Of a stretch of 24,000 nucleotides of DNA, positions 1-7,994 are shown piece by piece. This DNA comes from Isobaculum melis (lineage in GTDB: Bacteria; Bacillota; Bacilli; Lactobacillales; Carnobacteriaceae). Positions within the stretch are counted from its first letter, which is position 1; each line of letters starts with the position of its first letter. The notes under the pieces were generated by a model that was not told where the DNA came from, did no database searches, and worked only from the letters and a program-made list of their open reading frames with translations. Where the stretch lies: positions 1-24,000 of the forward strand of contig NZ_FOHA01000025.1 in assembly GCF_900111355.1 (NCBI RefSeq). Direction: 5' to 3'. A program made the translations under genes and the position numbers.

Positions 1-100
1 TGGATTATCAAGCTTTTTTAGAAGAAAAACTGATATTTTAAATATTAAACATATCTCATATTTCAAGTAAAGGTAACACGCAAAGGAATGAAAATAAACA

Positions 101-517
101 ATGACCAAGAAGAAAATAATGATTGCAACAGGAGTGTTTATTTTATTATTACTAGGAGGGTACAAATATAGGGAGCATCAAGAGACTAAGAAACAAGAGC
201 AACAGAAAATTGAACAAAAATTTTGGTCTAATCAAAAAATCCGAATTGAAAAATTTATTAGATATAACTTTAATGATATTGAGTCAATTGCTTTTACTGA
301 AACTTTTAAAACGCCAATGGGTGTAGGGATACATGGTTATGTTAATGGGGATGAAAAAAAAATGTATTTTAGTGCAAGCATTTACAATGAACAACATACT
401 TTTGAAAAAAGTTTATCCATTTCCTCTAAATTAGGCAAATTTTCCAAAGAACCCTATCATGTGTTTTCAGTTACTGAGATAGAAGAAATAGAGAAAACTA
501 AGGATACGAATAATTAA
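101..517 (+). CDS. Small N-terminally membrane-anchored protein, DUF1433-like
   Basis: 138-aa ORF with a Lys-rich N-terminus, one hydrophobic helix (IMIATGVFILLLLGG), then a soluble domain of about 100 aa. Size and architecture recall the Firmicutes DUF1433 family, from memory only. The RBS is weak and ATG 119 is an alternative start. Confidence 0.5.
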   Translation: MTKKKIMIATGVFILLLLGGYKYREHQETKKQEQQKIEQKFWSNQKIRIEKFIRYNFNDIESIAFTETFKTPMGVGIHGYVNGDEKKMYFSASIYNEQHTFEKSLSISSKLGKFSKEPYHVFSVTEIEEIEKTKDTNN

Positions 518-552
518 AATTTTTTAAGTATTACCAGTGTAAAGTCCTAAAA

Positions 553-595
553 AAACTACCTTTTCTCCCAATTAAAAAAGAAGAAAAAGTAGTTT
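553..595. terminator. Bidirectional intrinsic terminator between convergent genes
   Basis: 14-bp stem AAACTACCTTTTCT (553-566) / AGAAAAAGTAGTTT (582-595) with one mismatch. An A-run lies upstream and TTTTT downstream on the + strand, so a U-tract is available in both orientations. It sits between the stop at 517 (+) and the stop at 601 (-). Confidence 0.5.
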
Positions 596-600
596 AGTTT

Positions 601-1626
601 TTATGATAAATCCTTCATCCCATTCTCAAGGATTTCAATCACTGTTAACGCATCTTCATCACTCACAAGCTTATCTGCACCCTTATAAACCACATCATAA
701 AGATTATCATAGACGCGACCATAATCTCCTTCAGGTGTTGGTAAAGCTTCGGTTGTCAGAGGGCCATCTTCGGCATCTTTAAAGTATAATGTCCCATAAT
801 CTTCCGTTCTATCTAATCCAAACCCTTCATCCTTAGGCCAGAGTCTAGCTTTTAAATCCAATTCCTGACGATCAATTTCTAGCTTTTTAAAGCTACCAGA
901 TTGTGCCAATAATTGCCATCTTGGCGCACCAGCAACAACTAAATGGTTACATTTAACAATTGCTTTAAAGGTTGGATAGAAAAGCTGAATATCAAAATAA
1001 TCATCCTGCTTATTCTCTGGATTTCGGATGGAGCGAATATCATAGCTGACACGGTCAGGTGCACCAAATAGTGCAACTACTTGATCAATTAAATGCACCC
1101 CTAAACCATAAAAGGCGCCAGATTGATAATCAGCTAATGGTAAATCATATTGTGGTCTAAAGCGGTCAAAATGGGATTCTAGCTCAACGACTTGCCCCAT
1201 TCTTTCATCAGCCATTGCTTGTAATAGCGCTAAATAGTCACTATCAAAACGACGGTTTTGATACGGCATTGCAATTAACCCTTTTTCATTTGCTAAAGAG
1301 AAAATTTCTTTCGCTTCTTGCTTTGTCCATGAAAATGGTTTTTCAACTAGGACATGCTTCCCGCTATTTAAGACTTGCATGGCATAGTCAAAATGACTAT
1401 TTGGTGGTGTACAAATCACAACTAATTGAATCGCTGGATCATCTAAAATGGCATCAATAGAACGAACAAATTCAATGCCATATTCACTAAAATCAGCTTC
1501 TTCAGGTTTTTCTGAGCGTGCATAAATTGATTTAACCTTAATTGTTGGTCTATTTAACACATAAGGAAGATGGTAACGTGTTGTACTTTTACCAAATCCA
1601 ATATAAGCAATTGTTAATTTTTCCAC
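601..1626 (-). CDS. Gfo/Idh/MocA family NAD(P)-dependent oxidoreductase
   Basis: 341-aa ORF with a GTG start after a GGGGGA RBS. It has an N-terminal Rossmann motif (IAYIGFGKS) and the family-typical EKP motif (HVLVEKPFS). Confidence 0.85.
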   Translation of the reverse strand: MEKLTIAYIGFGKSTTRYHLPYVLNRPTIKVKSIYARSEKPEEADFSEYGIEFVRSIDAILDDPAIQLVVICTPPNSHFDYAMQVLNSGKHVLVEKPFSWTKQEAKEIFSLANEKGLIAMPYQNRRFDSDYLALLQAMADERMGQVVELESHFDRFRPQYDLPLADYQSGAFYGLGVHLIDQVVALFGAPDRVSYDIRSIRNPENKQDDYFDIQLFYPTFKAIVKCNHLVVAGAPRWQLLAQSGSFKKLEIDRQELDLKARLWPKDEGFGLDRTEDYGTLYFKDAEDGPLTTEALPTPEGDYGRVYDNLYDVVYKGADKLVSDEDALTVIEILENGMKDLS

Positions 1627-1650
1627 TTAAAATCCCCCAATAATCCATCT

Positions 1651-2697
1651 TTATTTTTCTGTAGAAAAGGTCACACAAACAGCTTCTGGTGCATATACAT
1701 CTTTTTGTAATAACGTTAATTGACCTGTTTCAGCATCACGCTCAAAAAGTGTTAGGTTATCAGTTTCTTGATTTGCCACTACAACAAATTGATTTGTAGG
1801 ATCTAAATCAAAGTCGCGCGGATGTTTTCCTTCAACTGAAATATGTTGTACAAGTGACAATGTACCATCAGCAGCTACAGCAAAGACAGCAAGTGATTCA
1901 TGCCCACGGTTAGAAGCATAAACGAATTGACCGTCTTTTGAAATACGGATGGCAGCCCCAATACTTGTGCCAGTGAAATCAGCAGGTAAAGTCGGAACAG
2001 TTTGGACTTCTTTAAATTCTCCAGTTTCAGCATTGTAGCTTAAAACGACTACTTCGCTAGAAAGTTCAGTGAATAAATAAGCAAGTTGTCCATTTGGATG
2101 GAATACTAAATGACGCGGTCCTTGACCAGGTGTTGCTTGATAAACAGCCGCTTTTGTTAAATGACCCGCAGCATCAACTGCATAAGTGTAGACCTCATCT
2201 GTACCTAAATCACAGACAACCACATATTTGCCATCAGGTGTTAAATCCCCATAATGTGTATGTGGCCCATCTTGGCGTGCTTCATTTGGTCCTTTTCCTT
2301 CATGCTTCACAATATCTGTTAAAGATAAATGGCCATCTTCATGAATTTCTAAGACATCCATTGTTCCTTTATGGTAATTTGGCGAGAAAACAAAATGATC
2401 ATTTTGATCTACCCCAATATAGCAAGGTGGTGCACCTGGACTTGTAACAGCATTAATAAATTTAAATGTACCATCCGCTTGTTTAGCAAAAGCAGAAGTT
2501 CCACCTTCTTCATTAACGCGAGAGACTGAAAATAAAAAGCGATTATCTTTTGATAAAGCTAAATAAGTTGGGTTTTCAATTTCAGCAACCACACGTAAAT
2601 CCTCTAATTTTTTTGTTGCTGTATCTAAGGTAATTTCATAGATTCCTTTACTATCTTTTTTTGTATAGGTGCCAATTAAAATCTTTTCTTTCATCAT
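1651..2697 (-). CDS. Beta-propeller lactonase family protein (6-phosphogluconolactonase / YkgB-type)
   Basis: 348-aa ORF with repeated beta-strand-rich blades and an N-terminus (ILIGTYTKKDSKGIY) typical of the 7-bladed lactonase family. It lies 24 nt upstream of the oxidoreductase on the same strand, so the two are probably an operon. Confidence 0.8.
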   Translation of the reverse strand: MMKEKILIGTYTKKDSKGIYEITLDTATKKLEDLRVVAEIENPTYLALSKDNRFLFSVSRVNEEGGTSAFAKQADGTFKFINAVTSPGAPPCYIGVDQNDHFVFSPNYHKGTMDVLEIHEDGHLSLTDIVKHEGKGPNEARQDGPHTHYGDLTPDGKYVVVCDLGTDEVYTYAVDAAGHLTKAAVYQATPGQGPRHLVFHPNGQLAYLFTELSSEVVVLSYNAETGEFKEVQTVPTLPADFTGTSIGAAIRISKDGQFVYASNRGHESLAVFAVAADGTLSLVQHISVEGKHPRDFDLDPTNQFVVVANQETDNLTLFERDAETGQLTLLQKDVYAPEAVCVTFSTEK

Positions 2698-2731
2698 TTG
2701 CTCATCCTTTCAAAATAAAAATCACATGATA

Positions 2732-2740
2732 ATTATATCA
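2732..2740 (-). promoter_or_regulatory. Candidate extended -10 promoter element (TGATATAAT) for the lactonase operon
   Basis: The minus strand reads TGATATAAT (TGnTATAAT consensus) about 35 nt upstream of the lactonase start. The -35 element is weak (TCGAAC). Confidence 0.35.
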
Positions 2741-2803
2741 TATAAAGTGAATATAGTTCGACTTTGCTTCTTAATTAGCTCCCTTCATTTTTAAAATAAT
2801 TAA

Positions 2804-2836
2804 AGGCAGAGATAAAATGAAAATTTATCTCTGCCT
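2804..2836 (-). terminator. Intrinsic terminator downstream of the TagF-like gene
   Basis: Perfect 13-bp stem AGGCAGAGATAAA (2804-2816) / TTTATCTCTGCCT (2824-2836) with a 7-nt loop. On the minus strand it is followed by T-rich TTAATTATTTTAAAAA. It lies 10 nt after the stop at 2846. Confidence 0.6.
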
Positions 2837-2845
2837 CATTCAAAC

Positions 2846-5047
2846 CTAACGCTCCATTTTTTTCTTAAATTTCTCCCAAATGACTGACCATTCGATCATA
2901 AAAGGATGCTGTTTTAGCTTCCCAAATCTAAAGAATTTACGATGGAATTTGTTGGCTGCTTCATAAATACGTTCTCTAGCATGGGTATCACGGTATTCAA
3001 TTAAATGATCTGCCTTATGACGATTTCCGCTACTCATTTGGAAATCAGTCACTGCCAAACGATTCAGAAAATGAAGTAGGCCTTCTTGATTATCAGCAAT
3101 CTCACCAGGTAATTCTAAGCCATAAGTCATATTGGTTTCTTGCTGTGCTACTTGATAATCATGTTCAAATTGATAGAACAAGACAGGTTTGGTTAAGAAG
3201 CTGAAATCTAAAGCTTCTGGGGCATAATCTGTGATCATCATTAAGCTTTCCTTCATTAAAGGAATCGTTTGAATATCAGATTGTAATGTCACGGTACATC
3301 CCGCCTCTTGGAAAGCTGCGGTCCAATGCGCCATACTTTGTGGTAAGCAAACCATAATCGTTAAATCATTGCGTTCAAAGAATTTTTTAAAGCTATCTTT
3401 AGCCACAACAGCTAAGAATTCTTCTGCAATCGCATCAATCATTTCATTTTGATAATGCAAACCCGTTTCATGATCACTTGGGAAAATTAATACTTGGCGC
3501 TTAATCGGTAAGTCTGTACTTGCATCAAATAGGTCATCAAAGCGCGATAAACCGGTAATAGCAATTTGATTATCAAGATAATGTAAATCCTTTAGCACAA
3601 TTGTACGCTCTCTTTTAGAATTGACTAAAAATAAATCAGCTTCAAATTGGGAACTAAAGCGATCCAATACATGACTAACATTTTGTGTCCCAAGCACACC
3701 GCTTTGTAAATAAATTTTATGCCCACGAATAAATGGTTTTAACAATCTTGTGTGAGAAGGATAGATTTCCTCAGGTGCATAGGTTGTAAAAATAGATTGG
3801 CTCATTAATAAATAGAAAATATGTTTTTTCGATTTATAAGGAAGCAAATGCTCTTCACCATATTGGGCAACATGCTGGTATTCATTTGAATCAGGGTCAA
3901 TCACATAATACACTTCTTTTTCCGGATGCTGTTCGCGCATATATTTAAAGAAATAATAGCCTGTATTGTGTGCTTCTCCTGGCTTTTCTCCAATGACCCA
4001 AATTTTGCGGCGCAAATGGAATAAGCGCAGTAACCAAACAATGGGCAATAATTCCTTGAAATATTGATAGACGTGTTTATTAAAACGTGTCACACGAATC
4101 GATAAGCCAGCATATTCTTCTGTAAAAAGTGGTGAAAAAGTATAGGTCAATTGACCATAATGAACAAATGAGTCACGATGAACCAACTGAGAAGCAAGCA
4201 ATGATGGATTTGCTACTTTCACTGTTGTTGGTTGAAAGAAACCATTTAAGTAAATATCAAAATATAAATCAAAATCATCATCATTAAAATCATTTAATAA
4301 CAATAACTCAGCTAATTCATCAATTTCCACACGAATATGATAGTCATAATGGTGCAAATGAGTTCCTTTTTCGACAAAATCAAGGACATGGTTTGAATGA
4401 ATCACTTGACGCAGTCCTGTATTTCGACTGACCATTATTGTGTCCATTCTGTTAATCGGAATGGCAGCAGAAAGCGCCTTACCTTTGACATCAATATATT
4501 TTTTCTTTACTTTGATTTGATCGACTGTGATCTCTTCAATATAACGATTACTTCTAATTTGAATATTCATACTGAAGGTGAAGCCGGTTGTTCTTAAACT
4601 AAAGTAAGGAAAGAATTGCTGATCTGCTACTTCAATTTGTGACAAACCAATTGCATCAAAGTGATCAAATAAATCTAAGGAAATGGCTTCGTCTTTAATG
4701 AGCCATTCTCCCTCGATAAAATATTCTGCTGAAAAGTAAAATTCAAAATGATGTGAACCACCATCAGGAACGATTTCATTCGCAAATTGAATTAAATCAA
4801 ATGTAAAAGAAAAACGGTCACTACCTAAATCTTTACTTTCAAAATCATATTTTTCCTTTGTTTCTCGATGCTCAATAAAGAATCCCTTAAATACATAGGG
4901 ATTTTTTTCAGAAAGTTCAATGATTGTTGTAATCATATGTTGCTGCTGTTTAATTGAAAATGATGGATGTGTCATCATCTCTTGATTGTCTGAAACTAGT
5001 TCCTCTAGATGTTGCTTTTTGGCTAAGCGATTAAAAGTCCTGGCCAT
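2846..5047 (-). CDS. CDP-glycerol glycerophosphotransferase family protein (TagB/TagF/TarF-like) with a long uncharacterised N-terminal domain
   Basis: 733-aa ORF with a strong RBS (AGGAGG). The C-terminal ~390 aa shows the TagF-family pattern (IWVIGEKPGEAHNTGYYFFKYMREQHPEKEVYYVID ...). I cannot assign a family to the N-terminal ~340 aa. Confidence 0.8.
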   Translation of the reverse strand: MARTFNRLAKKQHLEELVSDNQEMMTHPSFSIKQQQHMITTIIELSEKNPYVFKGFFIEHRETKEKYDFESKDLGSDRFSFTFDLIQFANEIVPDGGSHHFEFYFSAEYFIEGEWLIKDEAISLDLFDHFDAIGLSQIEVADQQFFPYFSLRTTGFTFSMNIQIRSNRYIEEITVDQIKVKKKYIDVKGKALSAAIPINRMDTIMVSRNTGLRQVIHSNHVLDFVEKGTHLHHYDYHIRVEIDELAELLLLNDFNDDDFDLYFDIYLNGFFQPTTVKVANPSLLASQLVHRDSFVHYGQLTYTFSPLFTEEYAGLSIRVTRFNKHVYQYFKELLPIVWLLRLFHLRRKIWVIGEKPGEAHNTGYYFFKYMREQHPEKEVYYVIDPDSNEYQHVAQYGEEHLLPYKSKKHIFYLLMSQSIFTTYAPEEIYPSHTRLLKPFIRGHKIYLQSGVLGTQNVSHVLDRFSSQFEADLFLVNSKRERTIVLKDLHYLDNQIAITGLSRFDDLFDASTDLPIKRQVLIFPSDHETGLHYQNEMIDAIAEEFLAVVAKDSFKKFFERNDLTIMVCLPQSMAHWTAAFQEAGCTVTLQSDIQTIPLMKESLMMITDYAPEALDFSFLTKPVLFYQFEHDYQVAQQETNMTYGLELPGEIADNQEGLLHFLNRLAVTDFQMSSGNRHKADHLIEYRDTHARERIYEAANKFHRKFFRFGKLKQHPFMIEWSVIWEKFKKKMER

Positions 5048-5316
5048 TTAGAAGCCTCCTATATAGTCTCTATTTCGTTAATTGGGTAAATTAAACCACA
5101 CCTATCATAACAAGTAGGATGCTTTCAAGCAATCGAATTTGCAATTTGTAAGCTAATTGCAATGTATGTAACGTAATAGAGTATCTTTTTTATGAATAAT
5201 TTTTGTAGAATCAAAGAGTCATTTATTTATCTCAATCATGTGCTTTGCTACTGTGACAAATCATAATTTATGATAAAATGATAGATATCATGTGAAATAG
5301 AAAGAGGCGTTTGAAT

Positions 5317-5673
5317 ATGATTCATGCAAAAGTAGTTGAAATTGGAAAACAAGCTATTAGTCAAAAAGATCCAATGATTATTTTATTTGGCGAAACAGCA
5401 ACAGCTGAAATTAAAAAAGTTGCGGTGATACAAGAATTTAAGGAAGGAATTCCTAATGAAGCTTTACGTGTTGGAGGAGAAGTGGCCTTTGGAGAGCAAG
5501 TCTATCACATTCAACGTGTGGGTTCTCTTGCCAATGAAAATCTGCAATCCATTGGACATGTGACACTGATTTTTTCAGATATCCCTGAAGAAGATGTCCT
5601 TGAAAATGCACTTTATTTATCACCAAAAGAATTGCCTAAAATTGATTTGGATACAGAAATTAAGTATAGTTAA
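5317..5673 (+). CDS. PTS glucitol/sorbitol-type EIIA-like protein (orphan)
   Basis: Colinear with E. coli SrlB as recalled, for example VAFGEQVYHIQRVGSLANENLQSIGHVTLIF versus FSLGQHRYPVTAVGSVAEDNLRELGHVTLRF. The putative phospho-His lies in GHVTL. The ORF track starts at TTG 5311, but the RBS AAAGAGG (5301-5307) is better spaced for ATG 5317. Confidence 0.65.
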   Translation: MIHAKVVEIGKQAISQKDPMIILFGETATAEIKKVAVIQEFKEGIPNEALRVGGEVAFGEQVYHIQRVGSLANENLQSIGHVTLIFSDIPEEDVLENALYLSPKELPKIDLDTEIKYS

Positions 5674-5695
5674 TAATATATGAGGTGATAGAGGA

Positions 5696-6880
5696 ATGGA
5701 AAAAGGGAAGTTAAAACAGCCATTATCATGGTTTTGGAAATGGTTTTTAAACAATAAGGTCGTTACAGGTTTGCTCGTACTATTATTAGTTTTGCTCAAC
5801 ATTATGATGTTTTCAAAAATTTCCTATATCTTTGAACCAATTGGTCAATTTTTTAGCATTATTGGCTTACCTTTGATTATGTCAGGAATTTTATATTATT
5901 TATTTAATCCAGTGATTGACTATTTTGAAGCAAAGAAAGTTCCAAGGTCTGTTAGTATTGTAATTGTTTTTCTACTCATAATTGGGATTATCATTTGGGG
6001 AGTGGCTACATTAGTTCCCTTAATTCGAGAACAGACCATGAGCTTTGTGAGTAACTTACCCTCTTATTGGGAGCAAATTTCTCATAGTGCAGATCAACTC
6101 ATGAAGAGTGATACGTTTGAACAATTCCAAGATGAGTTTTCTAAATTAAATACGGATATTTTTAAAACAATCACTGATAAAGTGACAAGTACGTTGAATT
6201 CGACGGTCAATGGTATTGGCAATCTATTAGGTGCTGTGACAAATGTGCTGATTGCATTGATTACAACACCCTTTATCTTATTCTATCTGCTTAAAGATGG
6301 ACATCAGCTACCCAATTATCTGAAAAAATTTATTCCAGTGAAAATGCAACACTCATCATTTAAGGTTTTACATGAAATGAATAAGCAAGTGAGTCAGTAT
6401 ATTCGTGGACAATTAATTGTGGCTTTTAGTGTAGCGATAATGTTTATTATTGGTTATGCAGTTATTGGTATGGATTATGGGATTACACTAGGGATTCTCG
6501 CAGGTGTCTTAAACTTGATTCCTTATTTAGGGTCATTTTTAGCGATGGTTCCAGCGATTATTTTAGGTTTAGTGATTTCCCCTATTATGTTAGTCAAGGT
6601 ATTAATCTTATTTATGATAGAACAAACAATTGAAGGTCGTTTTATTTCACCACTTATTTTAGGTAGTAATTTAGAAATTCATCCAGTGACCATTATTATT
6701 GTTTTACTCACTTCTGGAAAACTATTTGGCATCACAGGTGTGATTTTAGGGATTCCTGGTTATGCGGTCTTGAAAGTATTAGCCACACATATTTTTGAAT
6801 GGCATAAGGAAACTTCTGGCTTATACGATGAGCAGGAGGATAAGCAATTGTTACTGGAAACTGAGAAGAAAATAGAATGA
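5696..6880 (+). CDS. AI-2E family transporter (PerM/YdiK/UPF0118-type)
   Basis: 394-aa polytopic membrane ORF of about 8 hydrophobic segments, with the central soluble insertion and C-terminal pattern (NLIPYLGSF...IEGRFISPLILG) typical of AI-2E/PerM proteins. Confidence 0.85.
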   Translation: MEKGKLKQPLSWFWKWFLNNKVVTGLLVLLLVLLNIMMFSKISYIFEPIGQFFSIIGLPLIMSGILYYLFNPVIDYFEAKKVPRSVSIVIVFLLIIGIIIWGVATLVPLIREQTMSFVSNLPSYWEQISHSADQLMKSDTFEQFQDEFSKLNTDIFKTITDKVTSTLNSTVNGIGNLLGAVTNVLIALITTPFILFYLLKDGHQLPNYLKKFIPVKMQHSSFKVLHEMNKQVSQYIRGQLIVAFSVAIMFIIGYAVIGMDYGITLGILAGVLNLIPYLGSFLAMVPAIILGLVISPIMLVKVLILFMIEQTIEGRFISPLILGSNLEIHPVTIIIVLLTSGKLFGITGVILGIPGYAVLKVLATHIFEWHKETSGLYDEQEDKQLLLETEKKIE

Positions 6881-6894
6881 TAAATGAACCGAGG

Positions 6895-6927
6895 TAAGTA
6901 AAATAATTTATTTTACTTATCTTTTTT
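6895..6927 (+). terminator. AU-rich intrinsic terminator after the AI-2E transporter gene
   Basis: Stem TAAGTAAAA (6895-6903) / TTTTACTTA (6911-6919) followed by TCTTTTTT. The stem is weak because it is almost all A/U. Confidence 0.45.
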
Positions 6928-7043
6928 AATAGGAAATTTCCCGGGAAATACATAAATGAAATCAAAAAGGGATATGTCAAAGACTTTTGATAGCGGATGT
7001 TATTAGAACTGTTTAATATGATAGGTAAGAAAGGAGCAGTAAA

Positions 7044-7439
7044 ATGGATATTGGTACACAATTAAAAAAAAGACGTTTAGCTTTAAAATGGACACAAGAG
7101 CAAGTTGCTGAAAAAATTCATGTTTCTAGACAGACGATTTCCAATTGGGAAAACGGCCATAGCTACCCAGATATTGTTAGTGTGATTTTATTAAGTGATT
7201 TTTATGAAGTTTCCTTAGATGCTTTATTGAAAGGAGATCAAAAAATGGTTTATCATTTGCAAACATCAACCAATGTAGTCAAAAGTAACCGTCTGATTTT
7301 TTTGGGTTTACTTCTAAATGTTTTACTGATTGTGATGTTGATGTTTTCACAAGGAAATCAGCTACTCATCATCATCCTATTTACCATGGTGATTCTTAAT
7401 AGTGCCAACTTTATGTATCAGATTATTAAAAAAATATAG
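7044..7439 (+). CDS. XRE-family HTH regulator with C-terminal transmembrane segments
   Basis: The N-terminus has an HTH_3 pattern (LKWTQEQVAEKIHVSRQTISNWENGHSYP). The C-terminal ~50 aa form two hydrophobic helices. Good RBS (AAAGGAG). Confidence 0.8.
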   Translation: MDIGTQLKKRRLALKWTQEQVAEKIHVSRQTISNWENGHSYPDIVSVILLSDFYEVSLDALLKGDQKMVYHLQTSTNVVKSNRLIFLGLLLNVLLIVMLMFSQGNQLLIIILFTMVILNSANFMYQIIKKI

Positions 7440-7455
7440 TTAGGAGGAGAACCGA

Positions 7456-7776
7456 ATGGGGGCAAATATTCTAATGATACTATCAGGAGTATCTCTCGTA
7501 GCCTGTGCAATACCTCTGACTTATCAAATGTACCAATTGTTACTGCTTGATGCGAAGAGTAAAGGTCTTGAAAAACCTAAGCTTTGGGCTGTCATTGGTG
7601 CTTCTGGTGGTAGAGGAGAAGGATTGCTCTTATACCTTCTTAAAAGAAAAAACTATTCAGGCGAGGTGTTAGAAGTTGAACAGCAAAAAAAGTATCAATT
7701 GAAGAAAAGGTTGACTATTTTATTGCTGATTCAACTCATTAGTGCGTTATTCTTTTTACTTGGATTGTTTCTTTAA
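7456..7776 (+). CDS. Small two-TM membrane protein, possibly PLDc_N-like
   Basis: 106-aa ORF, 16 nt after the XRE gene, with RBS AGGAGG. Hydrophobic N- and C-termini flank a basic segment. The motif LLDAKSKGLEKPKLWAVIG...LLLYLL resembles the small PLD-N-terminal-domain membrane proteins, but this is a low-confidence recollection. Confidence 0.5.
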   Translation: MGANILMILSGVSLVACAIPLTYQMYQLLLLDAKSKGLEKPKLWAVIGASGGRGEGLLLYLLKRKNYSGEVLEVEQQKKYQLKKRLTILLLIQLISALFFLLGLFL

Positions 7777-7781
7777 AAGTT

Positions 7782-7825
7782 CTATCAGAAACCACTTTTT
7801 AGTGATAAAGAGAGGCTTCTGATAG
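7782..7825 (+). terminator. Hairpin downstream of the small membrane protein gene (weak terminator candidate)
   Basis: 12-bp stem CTATCAGAAACC / GGCTTCTGATAG with one mismatch and a 20-nt loop. The U-tract that follows is poor (TCGTTTAGC). Confidence 0.3.
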
Positions 7826-7834
7826 TCGTTTAGC

Positions 7835-7866
7835 TAAAAAAATAAGCCGCTTTCATAAAAGGGCTT
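7835..7866 (-). terminator. Minus-strand-oriented intrinsic-terminator-like hairpin with no minus-strand gene to terminate
   Basis: Stem AAGCCGCTTT (7844-7853) / AAAGGGCTT (7858-7866) with one bulge and loop CATA. On the minus strand it is followed by ATTTTTTT (7836-7843). On the plus strand it is followed by GCAAAAAAAG, so it has no U-tract there. Confidence 0.4.
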
Positions 7867-7893
7867 GCAAAAAAAGATAGGGCAGGTTATACT
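7865..7893 (+). promoter_or_regulatory. Candidate sigma-A promoter of the yhf-like cluster (TTGCAA-17-TATACT)
   Basis: -35 TTGCAA (7865-7870), an exact 17-nt spacer, and -10 TATACT (7888-7893). It would produce a leader of about 245 nt containing both palindromes. Confidence 0.45.
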
Positions 7894-7928
7894 TTAGATG
7901 CTATCTAGAAAGCGTTTTATTTTTAAAT

Positions 7929-7952
7929 CAATATACATTTAAATGTATATTG
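7929..7952. promoter_or_regulatory. Operator-like perfect 24-bp palindrome, copy 1 (CAATATACA-N6-TGTATATTG)
   Basis: CAATATACATTTAAATGTATATTG equals its own reverse complement, verified base by base. Confidence 0.55.
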
Positions 7953-7994
7953 GAAGCAAAGAGTATAAACAAGGATTAATCGTAACGTGCTCAT

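Noticed and set aside
1-21. A possible 3' end of an upstream + strand gene (frame 1 reads WIIKLF then stop).
   Set aside because: Only six codons are visible, so there is no way to tell coding sequence from chance.
354-362. An A9 homopolymer inside the DUF1433-like gene, considered as a possible slipped-strand phase-variation tract.
   Set aside because: It encodes the in-frame Lys run of GDEKKM. Nine A's is short for a phase switch, especially in such an AT-rich genome, and there is no supporting evidence from alternative frames.
1215-1460. An 81-aa ORF on the + strand. The same reasoning covers 2094-2447 (+), 4397-4597 (+), 5620-5802 (-), 6732-7061 (-), 8475-8723 (-), 9878-10162 (-), 10509-10730 (-), 13358-13567 (+), 16423-16629 (-) and 18100-18282 (+).
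   Set aside because: Each lies mostly or entirely inside a longer ORF with clear family motifs, either antisense to it or in another frame. 6732-7061 also runs across the 6881-7043 intergenic region. Their translations are low-complexity or Leu/Ile/Phe-rich in the way expected from an AT-rich non-coding frame. None has a convincing RBS.
5151-5172. A short inverted repeat, GCAATT-N8-AATTGC, and a cre-like TGTAAGCTAATTGCA in the tagF/EIIA intergenic region.
   Set aside because: The arms are only 6 bp long in AT-rich DNA, and the cre alignment fails at several conserved positions. It is indistinguishable from chance.
7907-7920. A cre-like (CcpA) site, AGAAAGCGTTTTAT, just downstream of the candidate cluster promoter.
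   Set aside because: The central AANCGNTT core fits, but the conserved flanking T (of TG) and C (of CA) are both mismatched. It is too weak to call as a feature, so it is mentioned only as context.
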